Below are positions 10,216-19,720 of a DNA stretch of 64,000 bases, piece after piece (position 1 is the first letter of the stretch; each line of letters opens with the position of its first letter). Location: positions 128,001 through 192,000 of the forward strand of contig JBBRLI010000001.1 of NCBI GenBank assembly GCA_038231455.1, in the 5' to 3' direction. The stretch comes from Vulcanimicrobiales bacterium (GTDB lineage: Bacteria > Vulcanimicrobiota > Vulcanimicrobiia > Vulcanimicrobiales > Vulcanimicrobiaceae). The position numbers and the translations under genes are program-made. The notes under the pieces are model-generated. The model was given only the letters and a program-made list of their open reading frames with translations. It was not told the origin of the DNA and made no database searches.

Positions 10216-10781
10216 CGCGAAAGCGCGACTTCGTCGGCGATGCGCGCTACGCCAGCGGCCTCGGCTTCGACGGCCGCGGCCTCGGCTTGTTCTTCTTCGG
10301 TCATGGCAGGACGCACGTTCTGCGCTTTATCGGTGTAGAGAATGCCATCGAGATGATCCATCTCGTGCTGCAAGCAACGCGCGAAAAGACCGGTGCCTTC
10401 GAGTTCGATTTTCTTCCCGTAGCGGTCGATCCCCGAGCAGACGACGCGCTCGAAACGCGTCACATCGCCGACGTAGCCGGGGACCGAGAGGCAGCCTTCG
10501 ATCGATTCGATCTCGCCTTCGGTCACGGTGAATTTCGGATTGACCACGACGAAGGGACCGTGCGCTTCTTCATCGTCCTGAAGGTCGATCGTGAAGATGC
10601 GCTTGGACACGTTGACCTGCGGCGCGGCAAGACCGATACCCGGCGCTTCGTACATCGTCTCGTACATGTCGTCGATTAGCTGCTGGAAGAGCGGGTCTCG
10701 CAGCTCGTCGAGGGACACTTTCTTGGCGACTTTTCGGAGCGTCGGATGGTTGTCGGTGAGGATCTCGCGCAGGTAGGCCAT
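10212..10781 (-). CDS. def: Peptide deformylase
   Basis: GIGLAAPQV, EGCLS, QHEMDHLDG. Confidence 0.97.
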   Translation of the reverse strand: MAYLREILTDNHPTLRKVAKKVSLDELRDPLFQQLIDDMYETMYEAPGIGLAAPQVNVSKRIFTIDLQDDEEAHGPFVVVNPKFTVTEGEIESIEGCLSVPGYVGDVTRFERVVCSGIDRYGKKIELEGTGLFARCLQHEMDHLDGILYTDKAQNVRPAMTEEEQAEAAAVEAEAAGVARIADEVALSR

Positions 10782-10790
10782 GACAACTCT

Positions 10791-10796
10791 ATTATA
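10791..10796 (-). promoter_or_regulatory. Sigma70 -10 element of def (near-leaderless)
   Basis: Perfect TATAAT 9 nt upstream of the def ATG; no Shine-Dalgarno sequence. Confidence 0.6.
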
Positions 10797-10919
10797 CCCC
10801 CGCCCGCCAAGGGGCGGTTGCGGGCGTCCGACCGTTCGGTCGGTTCCTCTCTCCCGCCCTATGCGTGGGCCCTTGCCGTCGACGTCCGACGTCGCTCTCG
10901 TGAGTCATCTGGCGCGGAA

Positions 10920-11888
10920 CTAACCGCCGATGGCAACACGTAAGAGATGGCGTGCGTTGAAGTCGATCACAAGAGCACTCGTCAATCCGTCGGCCTCGAT
11001 GCGTGAAGCCGACGCAATTTCGGGCGACGCAATCGCGACACGGTCGCAATCGCGCACGTAGCCGACGCGTCCAGCTCCACGATCGGCAAACCAGACGCCA
11101 TTCGCATTCGAGCTCAGCGAAACGATCGCGCTCCGGGCGGGACCTGCTATTTGGCATACCTTGATCGTGTGAGTAACGACGTCGAGAAATGCGATGCGCG
11201 CGGTCGTTCGGTCAGCAAACCACACGCGTTTGGCGGCCGCGCTTGCCGCTGATGGATTCTGGAACACCGATGGGAGAAGATAGGACTTTGTCGAGCCATT
11301 GACGCTCATGGTTTCAAGTTTATCGCGATGAACGATCCAGAGCGCGCCGTTTTCATCTACGGTAATGGGTCCATCGACCTTGAGCCGAAATGCATTGAAT
11401 CGTCGTGTTCGAGTATCAAAGCGCCCGATCGACGCCGGGCCGCGCCCGAACCACACGTCATTGCCATTTGCTGCTATTGGCGAGAGAAATGGAATCGCTC
11501 CGCCGGGAACGGGGATGTGCAACGTGTGACCGTCTCTGAAGACGTGCCAAAGCGCGATCGTGTCGGCCCCACCCGAGTTTTTCCTGACGGATTCTGTCGT
11601 CCAGAACCCACCGCCTGAATCGCGCGCGCCGATTCCGAGTTCGTGGTTTCCCCGCAGCTTCACATTCGAGAGAACGGTTCCGGAGTGCGTATCAATTCGA
11701 TACAAAGCCGAAGGTTCAATGCCGACTACGACGAGCTCGTCTGAACCCGCAGAATACGCCGCCGTGATCCGCGCCGACGGCAGAGATGCCGAAAGCGGAA
11801 GCGCATCGACGGTAAACGCATCCTGTGCGAATGCGGCGCCGCCTGAGCACACCGCCGCAAGCACGAGAGATACGATTACACGCCGCAT
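10920..11888 (-). CDS. Secreted beta-propeller protein (Vgb/virginiamycin B lyase-like)
   Basis: Signal peptide ending AFA-Q; repeated xVWF(A/G)D...IGR blades. Confidence 0.65.
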   Translation of the reverse strand: MRRVIVSLVLAAVCSGGAAFAQDAFTVDALPLSASLPSARITAAYSAGSDELVVVGIEPSALYRIDTHSGTVLSNVKLRGNHELGIGARDSGGGFWTTESVRKNSGGADTIALWHVFRDGHTLHIPVPGGAIPFLSPIAANGNDVWFGRGPASIGRFDTRTRRFNAFRLKVDGPITVDENGALWIVHRDKLETMSVNGSTKSYLLPSVFQNPSAASAAAKRVWFADRTTARIAFLDVVTHTIKVCQIAGPARSAIVSLSSNANGVWFADRGAGRVGYVRDCDRVAIASPEIASASRIEADGLTSALVIDFNARHLLRVAIGG

Positions 11889-13177
11889 GGATTATTAGGA
11901 TCGGCGTATATGCCGTCATATTCTTCGGTTGCGTACGATACTCCCGATATCGTCTGCACCTTGACGACTCCCGGATAACACGGATACGACTGAGCGCCTC
12001 CGTTCACGGCACCGTCCCACTGTACCGGGTTCGATCCGCTTCCATTCTGCGCGAGCGTCCCGTTATACCAGTGAACGAGCGGGGCCGGATTGCTATCGTA
12101 ATATCGCCATCCAAACGCACTTCCATCCGTCAGTTGATCGGACGTATTGCCGGTCGTCGGGTCCGACTGGCCAATCGAGGTCATGCGCTTCATGACGATA
12201 CCTCCGGCTCCCCCGCCGTCGATCGGCCAGTCGTTTGTTGCCGCAGCGTCCTTTAGACCATCCACGGCGGTGACCGTTTCGTTCGTGCCACCGATGAGGT
12301 TACCGGTCGATGCGATCGCAACATAACCTGGGTTTGGAACGTAATAGGCCATGTTCACATCTTGATTGCAAGTGAAGCGCGATTGATACTGATTGTATAT
12401 GCCGCTGTCAGCTGTTCCGTAGACGAAGCCATCGGGGTTGCCCGCTTCTTTTACGAATAATGCGAAGTTGTCGTTTACGCTACCGTCGAACGCCGAGCTG
12501 TGTTGGAAACCTGCGTCTACGGAGCTGTTTCCCGTTACGCCCCAGCCGCCAAGATAGGCATAACCGGTATCGGCGGCGTTGCCATTTGGGCCGGTAACGG
12601 TGATTTGCCCAGCGCTACACTGCAAGTGAACCGTCGCGGCTACATATGCATAACCACCCTTCGAATACACGCGCCGGTATGGGCCGGAGCCGCCATTCGT
12701 ACCGGGCGTTCCAAATTTTGGCGCGCGGATGGCTGATGATACAAAGCGGTTCTCCGCGCCTTGCATATCGACGCCGTCGAATCGAGTCGGTTTAGCCGAA
12801 TCGGGCGGCCCGGAAAAAATGCGGCCAGCCACATCCGTAAACATATTGCGACGACCTGGCAGAGCGATCAAGCGCATCGTGCCGGCGAGCAGCGTTTTGT
12901 GGTTCGCATACACGCTTCCATCGGCATCGATGAACATCACGTTCGCCCGGTCTTGCTTGCGCAACATTTTCATGATCTTTCGTATTTTCTTTCGATCGTG
13001 ATCGGACTCGTCTCGATCGATGTGCGCGTCAATGTCCGAGTTCTCGACCGCCTGAGCCACCCTGTTGGTGCTCATTTCGTTTACGGCGGTGTTCGATGCA
13101 GGCAATGCGTGTATACCGCTGCCAGCACTACACCCGCTTAGGAACAGGAAAGCAAAAAATATGCTCGTGATTCGCAT
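11876..13177 (-). CDS. Hypothetical lipoprotein, possibly YrpD-like beta-sandwich
   Basis: SD GAGGTG before ATG 13177; lipobox LSG-C; GPYRRV...YAYLGGWG...DAGFQHS core; visibly lower GC. Confidence 0.6.
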   Translation of the reverse strand: MRITSIFFAFLFLSGCSAGSGIHALPASNTAVNEMSTNRVAQAVENSDIDAHIDRDESDHDRKKIRKIMKMLRKQDRANVMFIDADGSVYANHKTLLAGTMRLIALPGRRNMFTDVAGRIFSGPPDSAKPTRFDGVDMQGAENRFVSSAIRAPKFGTPGTNGGSGPYRRVYSKGGYAYVAATVHLQCSAGQITVTGPNGNAADTGYAYLGGWGVTGNSSVDAGFQHSSAFDGSVNDNFALFVKEAGNPDGFVYGTADSGIYNQYQSRFTCNQDVNMAYYVPNPGYVAIASTGNLIGGTNETVTAVDGLKDAAATNDWPIDGGGAGGIVMKRMTSIGQSDPTTGNTSDQLTDGSAFGWRYYDSNPAPLVHWYNGTLAQNGSGSNPVQWDGAVNGGAQSYPCYPGVVKVQTISGVSYATEEYDGIYADPNNPCGV

Positions 13178-13376
13178 AGTGAACACCTCATCACTCGTCA
13201 AATATGTATCACTGCGCCTTTTTGCGAGGCGCGGTAGTGCTTGGAGTCTTGCCCTACCCGTGAGCCCGCGAGGTCAAACCTCGAGGCTATAGGCGATAAT
13301 GGCGCGGCGGTGCCTATGCCGACCAGCGTCGAATTCATTGACTTGGTCGAACCCGCCGAACCTTGTCATGCGAAGG

Positions 13377-14816
13377 CTAAAGTATGAAGTTCGAAAGATC
13401 GCTATTGCCGGCGATTGTTTCAAGTTTCTCGCGGACGTAGGCGCCGTCGATGGTCACCGGACCGGACTTTTCCGGCGCTTCATAGCCAATCTCGTCGAGC
13501 AACCGTTCGAGGACGGTATGGAGGCGGCGTGCGCCGATATTTTCGGTCTGCTCGTTGACTTGCATCGCGATACGCGCGATTTCGACAATCGCATCGGGCG
13601 TGATATCGAGCTGGACGTTTTCGGTCGAGAGCAGTGCCTTGTATTGCGTGATCAGTGCATTCTTCGGCTGCGTGAGAATCGTTTCGAAATCCGCGGCGGT
13701 AAGCGAATCGAGCTCGACGCGAATCGGGAAGCGTCCTTGCAATTCGGGGATCAGGTCCGAGGGTTTGCTGACGTGGAACGCGCCGGCAGCGATGAACAGC
13801 ACGTGATCGGTTTTGAGCACGCCATATTTCGTCGTGACGGTCGAGCCTTCGACGATTGGGAGGATGTCGCGCTGGACGCCTTCGCGTGAAACGTCGGCGC
13901 CTTGCGAACCGCGACCCGCGACTTTATCGAGTTCGTCGATGAAGATGATGCCGTTTTCGCCCGCGCGGCGTAGCGCTTCGCGCTTGACCGCATCCATATC
14001 GATTAGCTTGTTCTCTTCTTCTGCGGCGAAGATACGGCGCGCTTCGATTACCGTAACGCGCTTCTTCGATTTCTTCTTGGGCAAGAGACCGCCGAGCATC
14101 TCGCTCATGTCGTTTCCGCCGCCCATGCCTTGATCGCCGCCCATCATCCCGATCGGCAAAGTCGCCTGTTCTTCGATTTCAATCTCGACCAAGCGAACGT
14201 CGTAGAAACCGCGCAGAATGTCGCTACGTGCCTCATCGCGCACGCGCGTCACCTCATCGTTATGCGGGGGCGGCGCTGCCTGCGGCGGTGGCGGCTGCGG
14301 GTTCATGTTCCCGAACTGTCCGCCGAAGATCGAGCCCAACTGGGAGAACGGATTGTTTTGCTGCTGGGCTTGCGGGGGTCGCGTTTCGGGATGAAGCAGA
14401 TCGATGACGCGTTCGACGGCAGCGCGATCGGCAGCCTCGACGACGTCCAAACGGCGCTCGTCCGTCACCATGCGCACGGCGGCTTCCGCAAGATCGCGCA
14501 CCATCGACTCGACGTCGCGACCCACGTAGCCGACCTCGGTATACTTCGTCGCCTCGACTTTAATGAACGGCGCACCCGCGAGCGCCGCGAGGCGGCGCGC
14601 GATCTCGGTCTTGCCGACGCCGGTCGGCCCGATCATCAGGATATTTTTTGGAATGATGTCTTCGCGCATCTCGGGCGGCAGTGCATCGCGGCGATAGCGG
14701 TTACGCAGCGCAATCGCAACGGCGCGCTTGGCTTTGTGCTGGCCGACGATATAGCGATCGAGTTCGGCGACGATTTCGCGCGGCGTCTTGGCCGCGATCG
14801 GAGCGATGGCAGTCAT
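13377..14816 (-). CDS. hslU: ATP-dependent protease ATPase subunit HslU
   Basis: [45 protein letters not shown] overlap with the hslV stop. Confidence 0.97.
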   Translation of the reverse strand: MTAIAPIAAKTPREIVAELDRYIVGQHKAKRAVAIALRNRYRRDALPPEMREDIIPKNILMIGPTGVGKTEIARRLAALAGAPFIKVEATKYTEVGYVGRDVESMVRDLAEAAVRMVTDERRLDVVEAADRAAVERVIDLLHPETRPPQAQQQNNPFSQLGSIFGGQFGNMNPQPPPPQAAPPPHNDEVTRVRDEARSDILRGFYDVRLVEIEIEEQATLPIGMMGGDQGMGGGNDMSEMLGGLLPKKKSKKRVTVIEARRIFAAEEENKLIDMDAVKREALRRAGENGIIFIDELDKVAGRGSQGADVSREGVQRDILPIVEGSTVTTKYGVLKTDHVLFIAAGAFHVSKPSDLIPELQGRFPIRVELDSLTAADFETILTQPKNALITQYKALLSTENVQLDITPDAIVEIARIAMQVNEQTENIGARRLHTVLERLLDEIGYEAPEKSGPVTIDGAYVREKLETIAGNSDLSNFIL

Positions 14817-15346
14817 CCCGCGACCTCCACGGTGATATCGGTATTGGTATAGATACAGATACCCGCCGCGATCTCGAGCGACGCGCGAGCGATCGCCTCG
14901 GCATCGAGCGACGAATTCCGCAGGAGCGCTTGCGCGGCGGCTTGGGCGTACGGTCCGCCGCTGCCGATCGCAGCGATGCCCTCGTCGGGCTCGATGACAT
15001 CGCCCGTGCCGGAGAGCACGAAGAGATGTTCGGGCGTTCCCACAATTAGGAGCGCTTCGAGACGACGGAGCGCGCGGTCTTGGCGCCAATCTTTGGCAAG
15101 TTCCACCGAGGCGCGCACGATGTTGCCTTTGTACTCGCTAAGTTTGCCTTCGAATTTCTCCAGCAGGGTGATACCGTCAGCGGCAGACCCCGCGAAGCCG
15201 ACGATCACGCTCCCGTTTGCAATCTTGCGAACTTTACGCGCGCTGTGCTTCATGATGGTTTTGTCGAGTGTGACTTGACCGTCGCCCGCTATAGCAAGTT
15301 TGCCGTCTTTTCGCACGGCGACGATCGTGGTTGACCGAATACGCAT
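14813..15346 (-). CDS. hslV: ATP-dependent protease peptidase subunit HslV
   Basis: TTIVAVR N-terminal Thr, [16 protein letters not shown]. Confidence 0.97.
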   Translation of the reverse strand: MRIRSTTIVAVRKDGKLAIAGDGQVTLDKTIMKHSARKVRKIANGSVIVGFAGSAADGITLLEKFEGKLSEYKGNIVRASVELAKDWRQDRALRRLEALLIVGTPEHLFVLSGTGDVIEPDEGIAAIGSGGPYAQAAAQALLRNSSLDAEAIARASLEIAAGICIYTNTDITVEVAG

Positions 15347-15382
15347 CTCGGTTGGTATGCGCGCCCGTCCCGAAAGTTTCTT

Positions 15383-16774
15383 CTAACGAACCCCGGCGAG
15401 GGTCCGATCGCGGCCGAGCTTAACGGCAAACTCATCGATGCGCCCAAGCGCGCGCGTAGCAAGCAAGCCGCGCTTCTCCATCTTCGCAAGCTTAATCGGG
15501 CGGCCGTTCCCGTTCAGACGCAGTTCGACCTCAGGCGGGCTGAAGTACGACCAGGTGACGTTCGCCGGCTGAAAGTCGTCGGTGACCGTATTCTGGATGT
15601 GCGCGACGACGGCGCCCAGCGCCGTATCCTCCGGTACGGGGACCGGCGGGAGACCGAGCAGTTCGCGGGCCGCAGCGTTGCCGGCAATCATGCCGCAAGC
15701 GGCCGCTTCGACGTAGCCTTCGGCGCCCGTGATCTGACCCGCAAAATAGATGCGCGAATTGGCACGCAGGCGCAACGTTTCATCGAGCGCGCGCGGGCTA
15801 TCGATGAACGTGTTGCGGTGCATCACGCCCAGGCGAACCCACTCCGCGTTTGCCATGCCGGGAAGTTTGTTGAACGCTTCTTTTTGCGCGGGCCAGGTTA
15901 GACGTGTCTGGAAACCGACGAGATTCATCGCCGTGCCGGTCGCGTTTTCGTTGCGGAGTTGAACGACGGCATACGGCGTCTTGCCGGTGTCGGGATGACG
16001 CAAGCCAACGGGTTTGAGCGGACCAAACCGCATCGCATCTTCACCGCGTTCGGCCATTTCCTCGATCGGCAGACAGCCCTCGAAGAACGGCACCTTCCCC
16101 GCCGCGACGTCCGCCTCGAAGGCTTTCGGCTCGTGCTTGGGCAGCGTGCGCAGGTCGTGGACGAATTGCAGATACTGCTCTTTATCGAGCGGGATGTTGA
16201 GATAATCATCGCCGTCGCCTTTGTCGTAACGCGACTTGCGATACATCTGCGTGAGATCGAGCGACTCGGTCGCGACGATCGGCGCTGCCGCATCGTAATA
16301 ATGGAGCCGCTCGGATCCCACCAGCGCGTCGATTGCGGCCGAAAGCGTATCGGAGGGCAACGGCCCGCACGCGATGATGACCGTGCCTTCGGCCGGTATT
16401 TCGGTTACTTCTTCGCGGTGGAGCGTGATATTCGGATGCGCGGTGAGGCGCTCTTCGACGAGCGCACCGAAGCGCTCGCGATCGACCGCAAGCGCACCGC
16501 CGGCTGGAACCGCCGTCTCGCGAGCGCAGGTCACGATCAGAGAATCCAGGCGATAGAGTTCTTCTTTAAGCAATCCGACCGCGTTCTCGAGCGCCGCGCC
16601 GCGCATCGAATTCGAACACACCAGTTCCGCGAGCATATCGGTCTGATGCGCGGGTCCGCGTTTACGCGGACGCATCTCGAAGAGGTCGACGGTCACGCCG
16701 GCCTGCGCGGCTTGCCAGGCGGCTTCGCAGCCAGCAAGCCCGCCGCCGATGACGGTGAGAGCCTTAGGCTTCAA
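15383..16774 (-). CDS. trmFO: Folate/FAD-dependent tRNA m5U54 methyltransferase TrmFO
   Basis: GGGLAGCEAA, AELVCSNS, FEGCLPIE, GVMHRNTF; likely TTG start at 16774 overlapping the topA end. Confidence 0.95.
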   Translation of the reverse strand: MKPKALTVIGGGLAGCEAAWQAAQAGVTVDLFEMRPRKRGPAHQTDMLAELVCSNSMRGAALENAVGLLKEELYRLDSLIVTCARETAVPAGGALAVDRERFGALVEERLTAHPNITLHREEVTEIPAEGTVIIACGPLPSDTLSAAIDALVGSERLHYYDAAAPIVATESLDLTQMYRKSRYDKGDGDDYLNIPLDKEQYLQFVHDLRTLPKHEPKAFEADVAAGKVPFFEGCLPIEEMAERGEDAMRFGPLKPVGLRHPDTGKTPYAVVQLRNENATGTAMNLVGFQTRLTWPAQKEAFNKLPGMANAEWVRLGVMHRNTFIDSPRALDETLRLRANSRIYFAGQITGAEGYVEAAACGMIAGNAAARELLGLPPVPVPEDTALGAVVAHIQNTVTDDFQPANVTWSYFSPPEVELRLNGNGRPIKLAKMEKRGLLATRALGRIDEFAVKLGRDRTLAGVR

Positions 16775-18962
16775 CGGCTTCTCGATCGCGTTCTTCTTCG
16801 ACATCATCCGATGATTCGGCATCGGGATTCGCCGCTCCGAGCGATGAGAGATCGTGTTCCTTATCGGCCTTGCATTCCAAGGTCACGACACCGCCGCGCT
16901 TGGTTTTTGCGGTGACGTACGAGCCGCAAATGGGGCACGGTTCGGGGATGACGCGATCCCACGAGACGAAGTCGCACTTCGGATAATTCGCGCAGCCGTA
17001 GAAAATGCGACCTTTACGGGACTTGCGCTCGACGACCATGCCCTGATCTTTGGGACACTTCGCGCCGGTGTCTTTGAGGATCGGGCGCGTTGTCTTGCAC
17101 TCGGGGTAGCCCGTGCACGAGATGAATTTGCCGAAGCGTCCGGTCTTGATGACCATCGGCCGCTCGCAATTCGGGCAGATTTCATCGGTCGGCTCGTCGC
17201 GCATCTCGACTTTGGGCAGCTTCTCTTCCGCCGAGTCGAGTTCGATTTTGAAGGTGGTATAGAAGTCGCGCAGCACGCCGACCCAGTCTTCGTTGCCCTC
17301 GGCTACACGGTCGAGTTTGTCTTCCATGGACGCCGTGAACGTGGTGTCGACGATATCACTGAAATGCTCGACGAGCAGGTCGTTCACGGCAAAGCCGATT
17401 TCGGTTGGATGGAAGCGGCGGTCGATCTGTTCGACATACCCACGTGCCTGCACGGTCTCCACGATTGCGGAGTAGGTCGACGGACGACCGATCCGATTTT
17501 CTTCGAGTGCCTTGACGAGCGAGGCTTCGGAGAAGCGGGGCGGAGGTTCGGTGAAGTGCTGCTTGGGATCGAGCGACGTGCGATCGAGCACTTCGTCTTG
17601 CTTCATCGCCGGCAGAATCGGACGCGCCTTCGGGGCAGCTTTGCCGTTGAGCGCCGCGGCCGCATCGCCCGGCTCGGGTTTTTCGTCGTCCTTGCCTTCT
17701 TCATACACCGCGGTGAAGCCGGCGAATTTCATGACGCTGCCAGTCGCGCGGAAGCCATAGGATTTCGCTGCGATGTCGACCGTCGTTTGATCGAAGATCG
17801 CCGCCGCCATCTGCGATGCGACAAAGCGCTCCCAGATCAGTTGATACAGGCGAAGTTCGTCGCGCTTGAGGATCTTCGCCATCTTCTCGGGCGTGCGCGT
17901 CACGTCGGTCGGGCGAATCGCTTCATGAGCGTCTTGCGCACCTTCACGCAATTTATGCGTGCGGGTGCCACCGTAGAATGCCTCGCCGAACGTTTCATCG
18001 ATAAACGCGCGGGCCGCGTCCTTGGCGGAATCGCTGATGCGCGGCGAATCGGTACGCATGTAAGTAATGAGACCCTGCGTGCCGTCCGCTCCGCCGAGGT
18101 CCACGCCTTCGTACAGCGCTTGCGCGACCTGCATCGTCTTACGAACGCGGAACTTGAGCTTTCGCGAGGCTTCTTGCTGGAGGGTCGAGGTGGTGAATGG
18201 CGCGGCGGGATTGCGCTTCTGCTCGCGCGTTTTGATCCCGCTCACGACATACGCGGCGCCCTCGAGGTCGGCGACGATCTTCGCGGCCCGATCGCCATTG
18301 GTTACTTCGGCTTTCGTACCGGCAATCGCGACAAGCTCGGCGGTGAACGGCGGCGGGTTGCCGACCGAGGCCAGTTTGGCCGTGATCGACCAATACTCGC
18401 GCGGGACGAATGCTTTGATCTCGCGCTCGCGGTCGACGATGATCTTCACGGCGACGGATTGAACGCGTCCCGCGGAGAGTCCGCCACGGACCTTGGCCCA
18501 GAGCAACGGCGAGATTTTGTACCCGACGAGACGATCCAAAATGCGACGTGCCTGCTGCGCGTTGACGCGCGGCATATCGATCTCATGTGGGTCTTTAAGC
18601 GCCGCGAGTACCGCGTCTTTGGTGATCTCGTGGAGCTCGATGCGCTTGGCATTCGGGAGTTTCAGCAACTCCGCGAGGTGCCACGCGATCGCTTCGCCTT
18701 CGCGATCGGGGTCGGATGCAAGGTAGACTTCGCTTGCGCCTTTGACGGCCGCCTTGAGCTCTTTGATGATGTCGCCCTTACCTTTAATGGTAAGGTACTT
18801 CGGCGTGAAATCGTGATCGACGTCGACACCGAGCGTGCTCTTTGGGAGATCGCGGACATGACCGACCGATGCCTTGACCACGTAGCGCGGCGGCAAGAAT
18901 TTCTTGATGGTTTTGGCTTTCGTCGGCGACTCGACGATGATTAACGGCTTTCCGGCTGCCAC
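16764..18962 (-). CDS. topA: DNA topoisomerase I
   Basis: IVESPTKAK, DPDREGEAI, SAGRVQS, ITYMRTDS; C-terminal C4 zinc ribbons. Confidence 0.97.
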   Translation of the reverse strand: MAAGKPLIIVESPTKAKTIKKFLPPRYVVKASVGHVRDLPKSTLGVDVDHDFTPKYLTIKGKGDIIKELKAAVKGASEVYLASDPDREGEAIAWHLAELLKLPNAKRIELHEITKDAVLAALKDPHEIDMPRVNAQQARRILDRLVGYKISPLLWAKVRGGLSAGRVQSVAVKIIVDREREIKAFVPREYWSITAKLASVGNPPPFTAELVAIAGTKAEVTNGDRAAKIVADLEGAAYVVSGIKTREQKRNPAAPFTTSTLQQEASRKLKFRVRKTMQVAQALYEGVDLGGADGTQGLITYMRTDSPRISDSAKDAARAFIDETFGEAFYGGTRTHKLREGAQDAHEAIRPTDVTRTPEKMAKILKRDELRLYQLIWERFVASQMAAAIFDQTTVDIAAKSYGFRATGSVMKFAGFTAVYEEGKDDEKPEPGDAAAALNGKAAPKARPILPAMKQDEVLDRTSLDPKQHFTEPPPRFSEASLVKALEENRIGRPSTYSAIVETVQARGYVEQIDRRFHPTEIGFAVNDLLVEHFSDIVDTTFTASMEDKLDRVAEGNEDWVGVLRDFYTTFKIELDSAEEKLPKVEMRDEPTDEICPNCERPMVIKTGRFGKFISCTGYPECKTTRPILKDTGAKCPKDQGMVVERKSRKGRIFYGCANYPKCDFVSWDRVIPEPCPICGSYVTAKTKRGGVVTLECKADKEHDLSSLGAANPDAESSDDVEEERDREAVEA

Positions 18963-18990
18963 GTGACTCCCTCGATTAGTAAACGGGTTC

Positions 18991-19020
18991 AGTATACGCC
19001 GGACGTCAAGTGGGTGTCAC
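18991..19020 (-). promoter_or_regulatory. Putative sigma70 promoter of topA
   Basis: GTGACA-N18-TATACT upstream of a GGAG SD and the GTG start. Confidence 0.4.
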
Positions 19021-19165
19021 GAAGCGCGGCTCACGCGAACCCGTCCAAAGCACAATAAGTTGCAAAATAATTGGATGCAGTGTACGATGCAATAAATTGT
19101 GTCTCTCATTATGAGACGATGCATATGCCTTTCGATAACGTCTGTGCACAGACGGGGAGTACGAA

Positions 19166-19657
19166 ATGGACACCGAGTCAACGGATCCCATGGGCGATTC
19201 GACCGCTTCAGCGGCGCCCAAGAAATCAACGCGCAAGAAGTCGTCGCGCAAGAAATCGACCGCCAAGAAGACGGCCGGACGCAAGAAAACCGGAGCCAAG
19301 AAGACCGCCGGACGTAAGAAAACCGGCGCGAAGAAAACGGCTGGACGCAAGAAAGCCGGAGCCAAGAAGACCGCCGGACGCAAGAAGACCGGCGCCAAGA
19401 AAACGGCCGGACGCAAGAAAGCCGGAGCCAAGAAAACCGCTGGACGCAAGAAAGCCGGAGCCAAGAAAAAGACGGCCGGACGCAAGAAAGCCGGAGCCAA
19501 GAAAACCGCTGGACGCAAGAAAGCCGGAGCCAAGAAAAAGACGGCTGGACGCAAGAAGGCCGGAGCCAAGAAAACGGCCGGTCGCAAGAAGACCGGAGTG
19601 AAAAAAGCCGGACGCAAAAAGGCCGGAGCCCGGAAAAAGACCTCGCGTAAGAAGTAG
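19166..19657 (+). CDS. Histone H1-like, Lys/Arg/Ala-rich repeat protein (Hc2/AlgP-like composition)
   Basis: GGAG SD; repeats vary mainly at synonymous positions in this frame; followed by a strong terminator. Confidence 0.85.
   Translation: MDTESTDPMGDSTASAAPKKSTRKKSSRKKSTAKKTAGRKKTGAKKTAGRKKTGAKKTAGRKKAGAKKTAGRKKTGAKKTAGRKKAGAKKTAGRKKAGAKKKTAGRKKAGAKKTAGRKKAGAKKKTAGRKKAGAKKTAGRKKTGVKKAGRKKAGARKKTSRKK
19265..19630 (+). repeat. Coding tandem repeat, 33-bp unit (KKTAGRKK[T/A]G[A/V]) x10 plus one degenerate copy
   Basis: Counted directly from the translation; two units are preceded by an extra Lys codon. Confidence 0.95.
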
Positions 19658-19670
19658 TTCGAGCGCTTAG

Positions 19671-19707
19671 AAAAAGAGCGTGATCCTCGCGGATCACGCT
19701 CTTTTTT
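19671..19707. terminator. Bidirectional intrinsic terminator
   Basis: AAAAAGAGCGTGATCC-TCGC-GGATCACGCTCTTTTT between convergent genes. Confidence 0.92.
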
Positions 19708-19720
19708 GTCTCTTTTTTGG

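Noticed and set aside
13202-13376. Possible riboswitch upstream of the lipoprotein gene
   Set aside because: Hairpins are present, but I could not match a known aptamer consensus (c-di-GMP, SAM, TPP, cobalamin)
14817-15089. Long N-terminal extensions on the ORF-track versions of HslU, TrmFO, SorA, Met synthase and DUF1801
   Set aside because: Artefacts of taking the first start codon; conserved N-termini, SDs or overlaps indicate downstream starts
16854-18944. 696-aa plus-strand ORF and similar long antisense ORFs (e.g. 8750-9733, 20770-21831, 49908-50840)
   Set aside because: Antisense to well-conserved genes; expected from high-GC codon bias; no motifs
19265-19630. 33-bp periodic repeats as a possible CRISPR array
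   Set aside because: No unique spacers, no cas genes; variation is synonymous within a protein-coding frame
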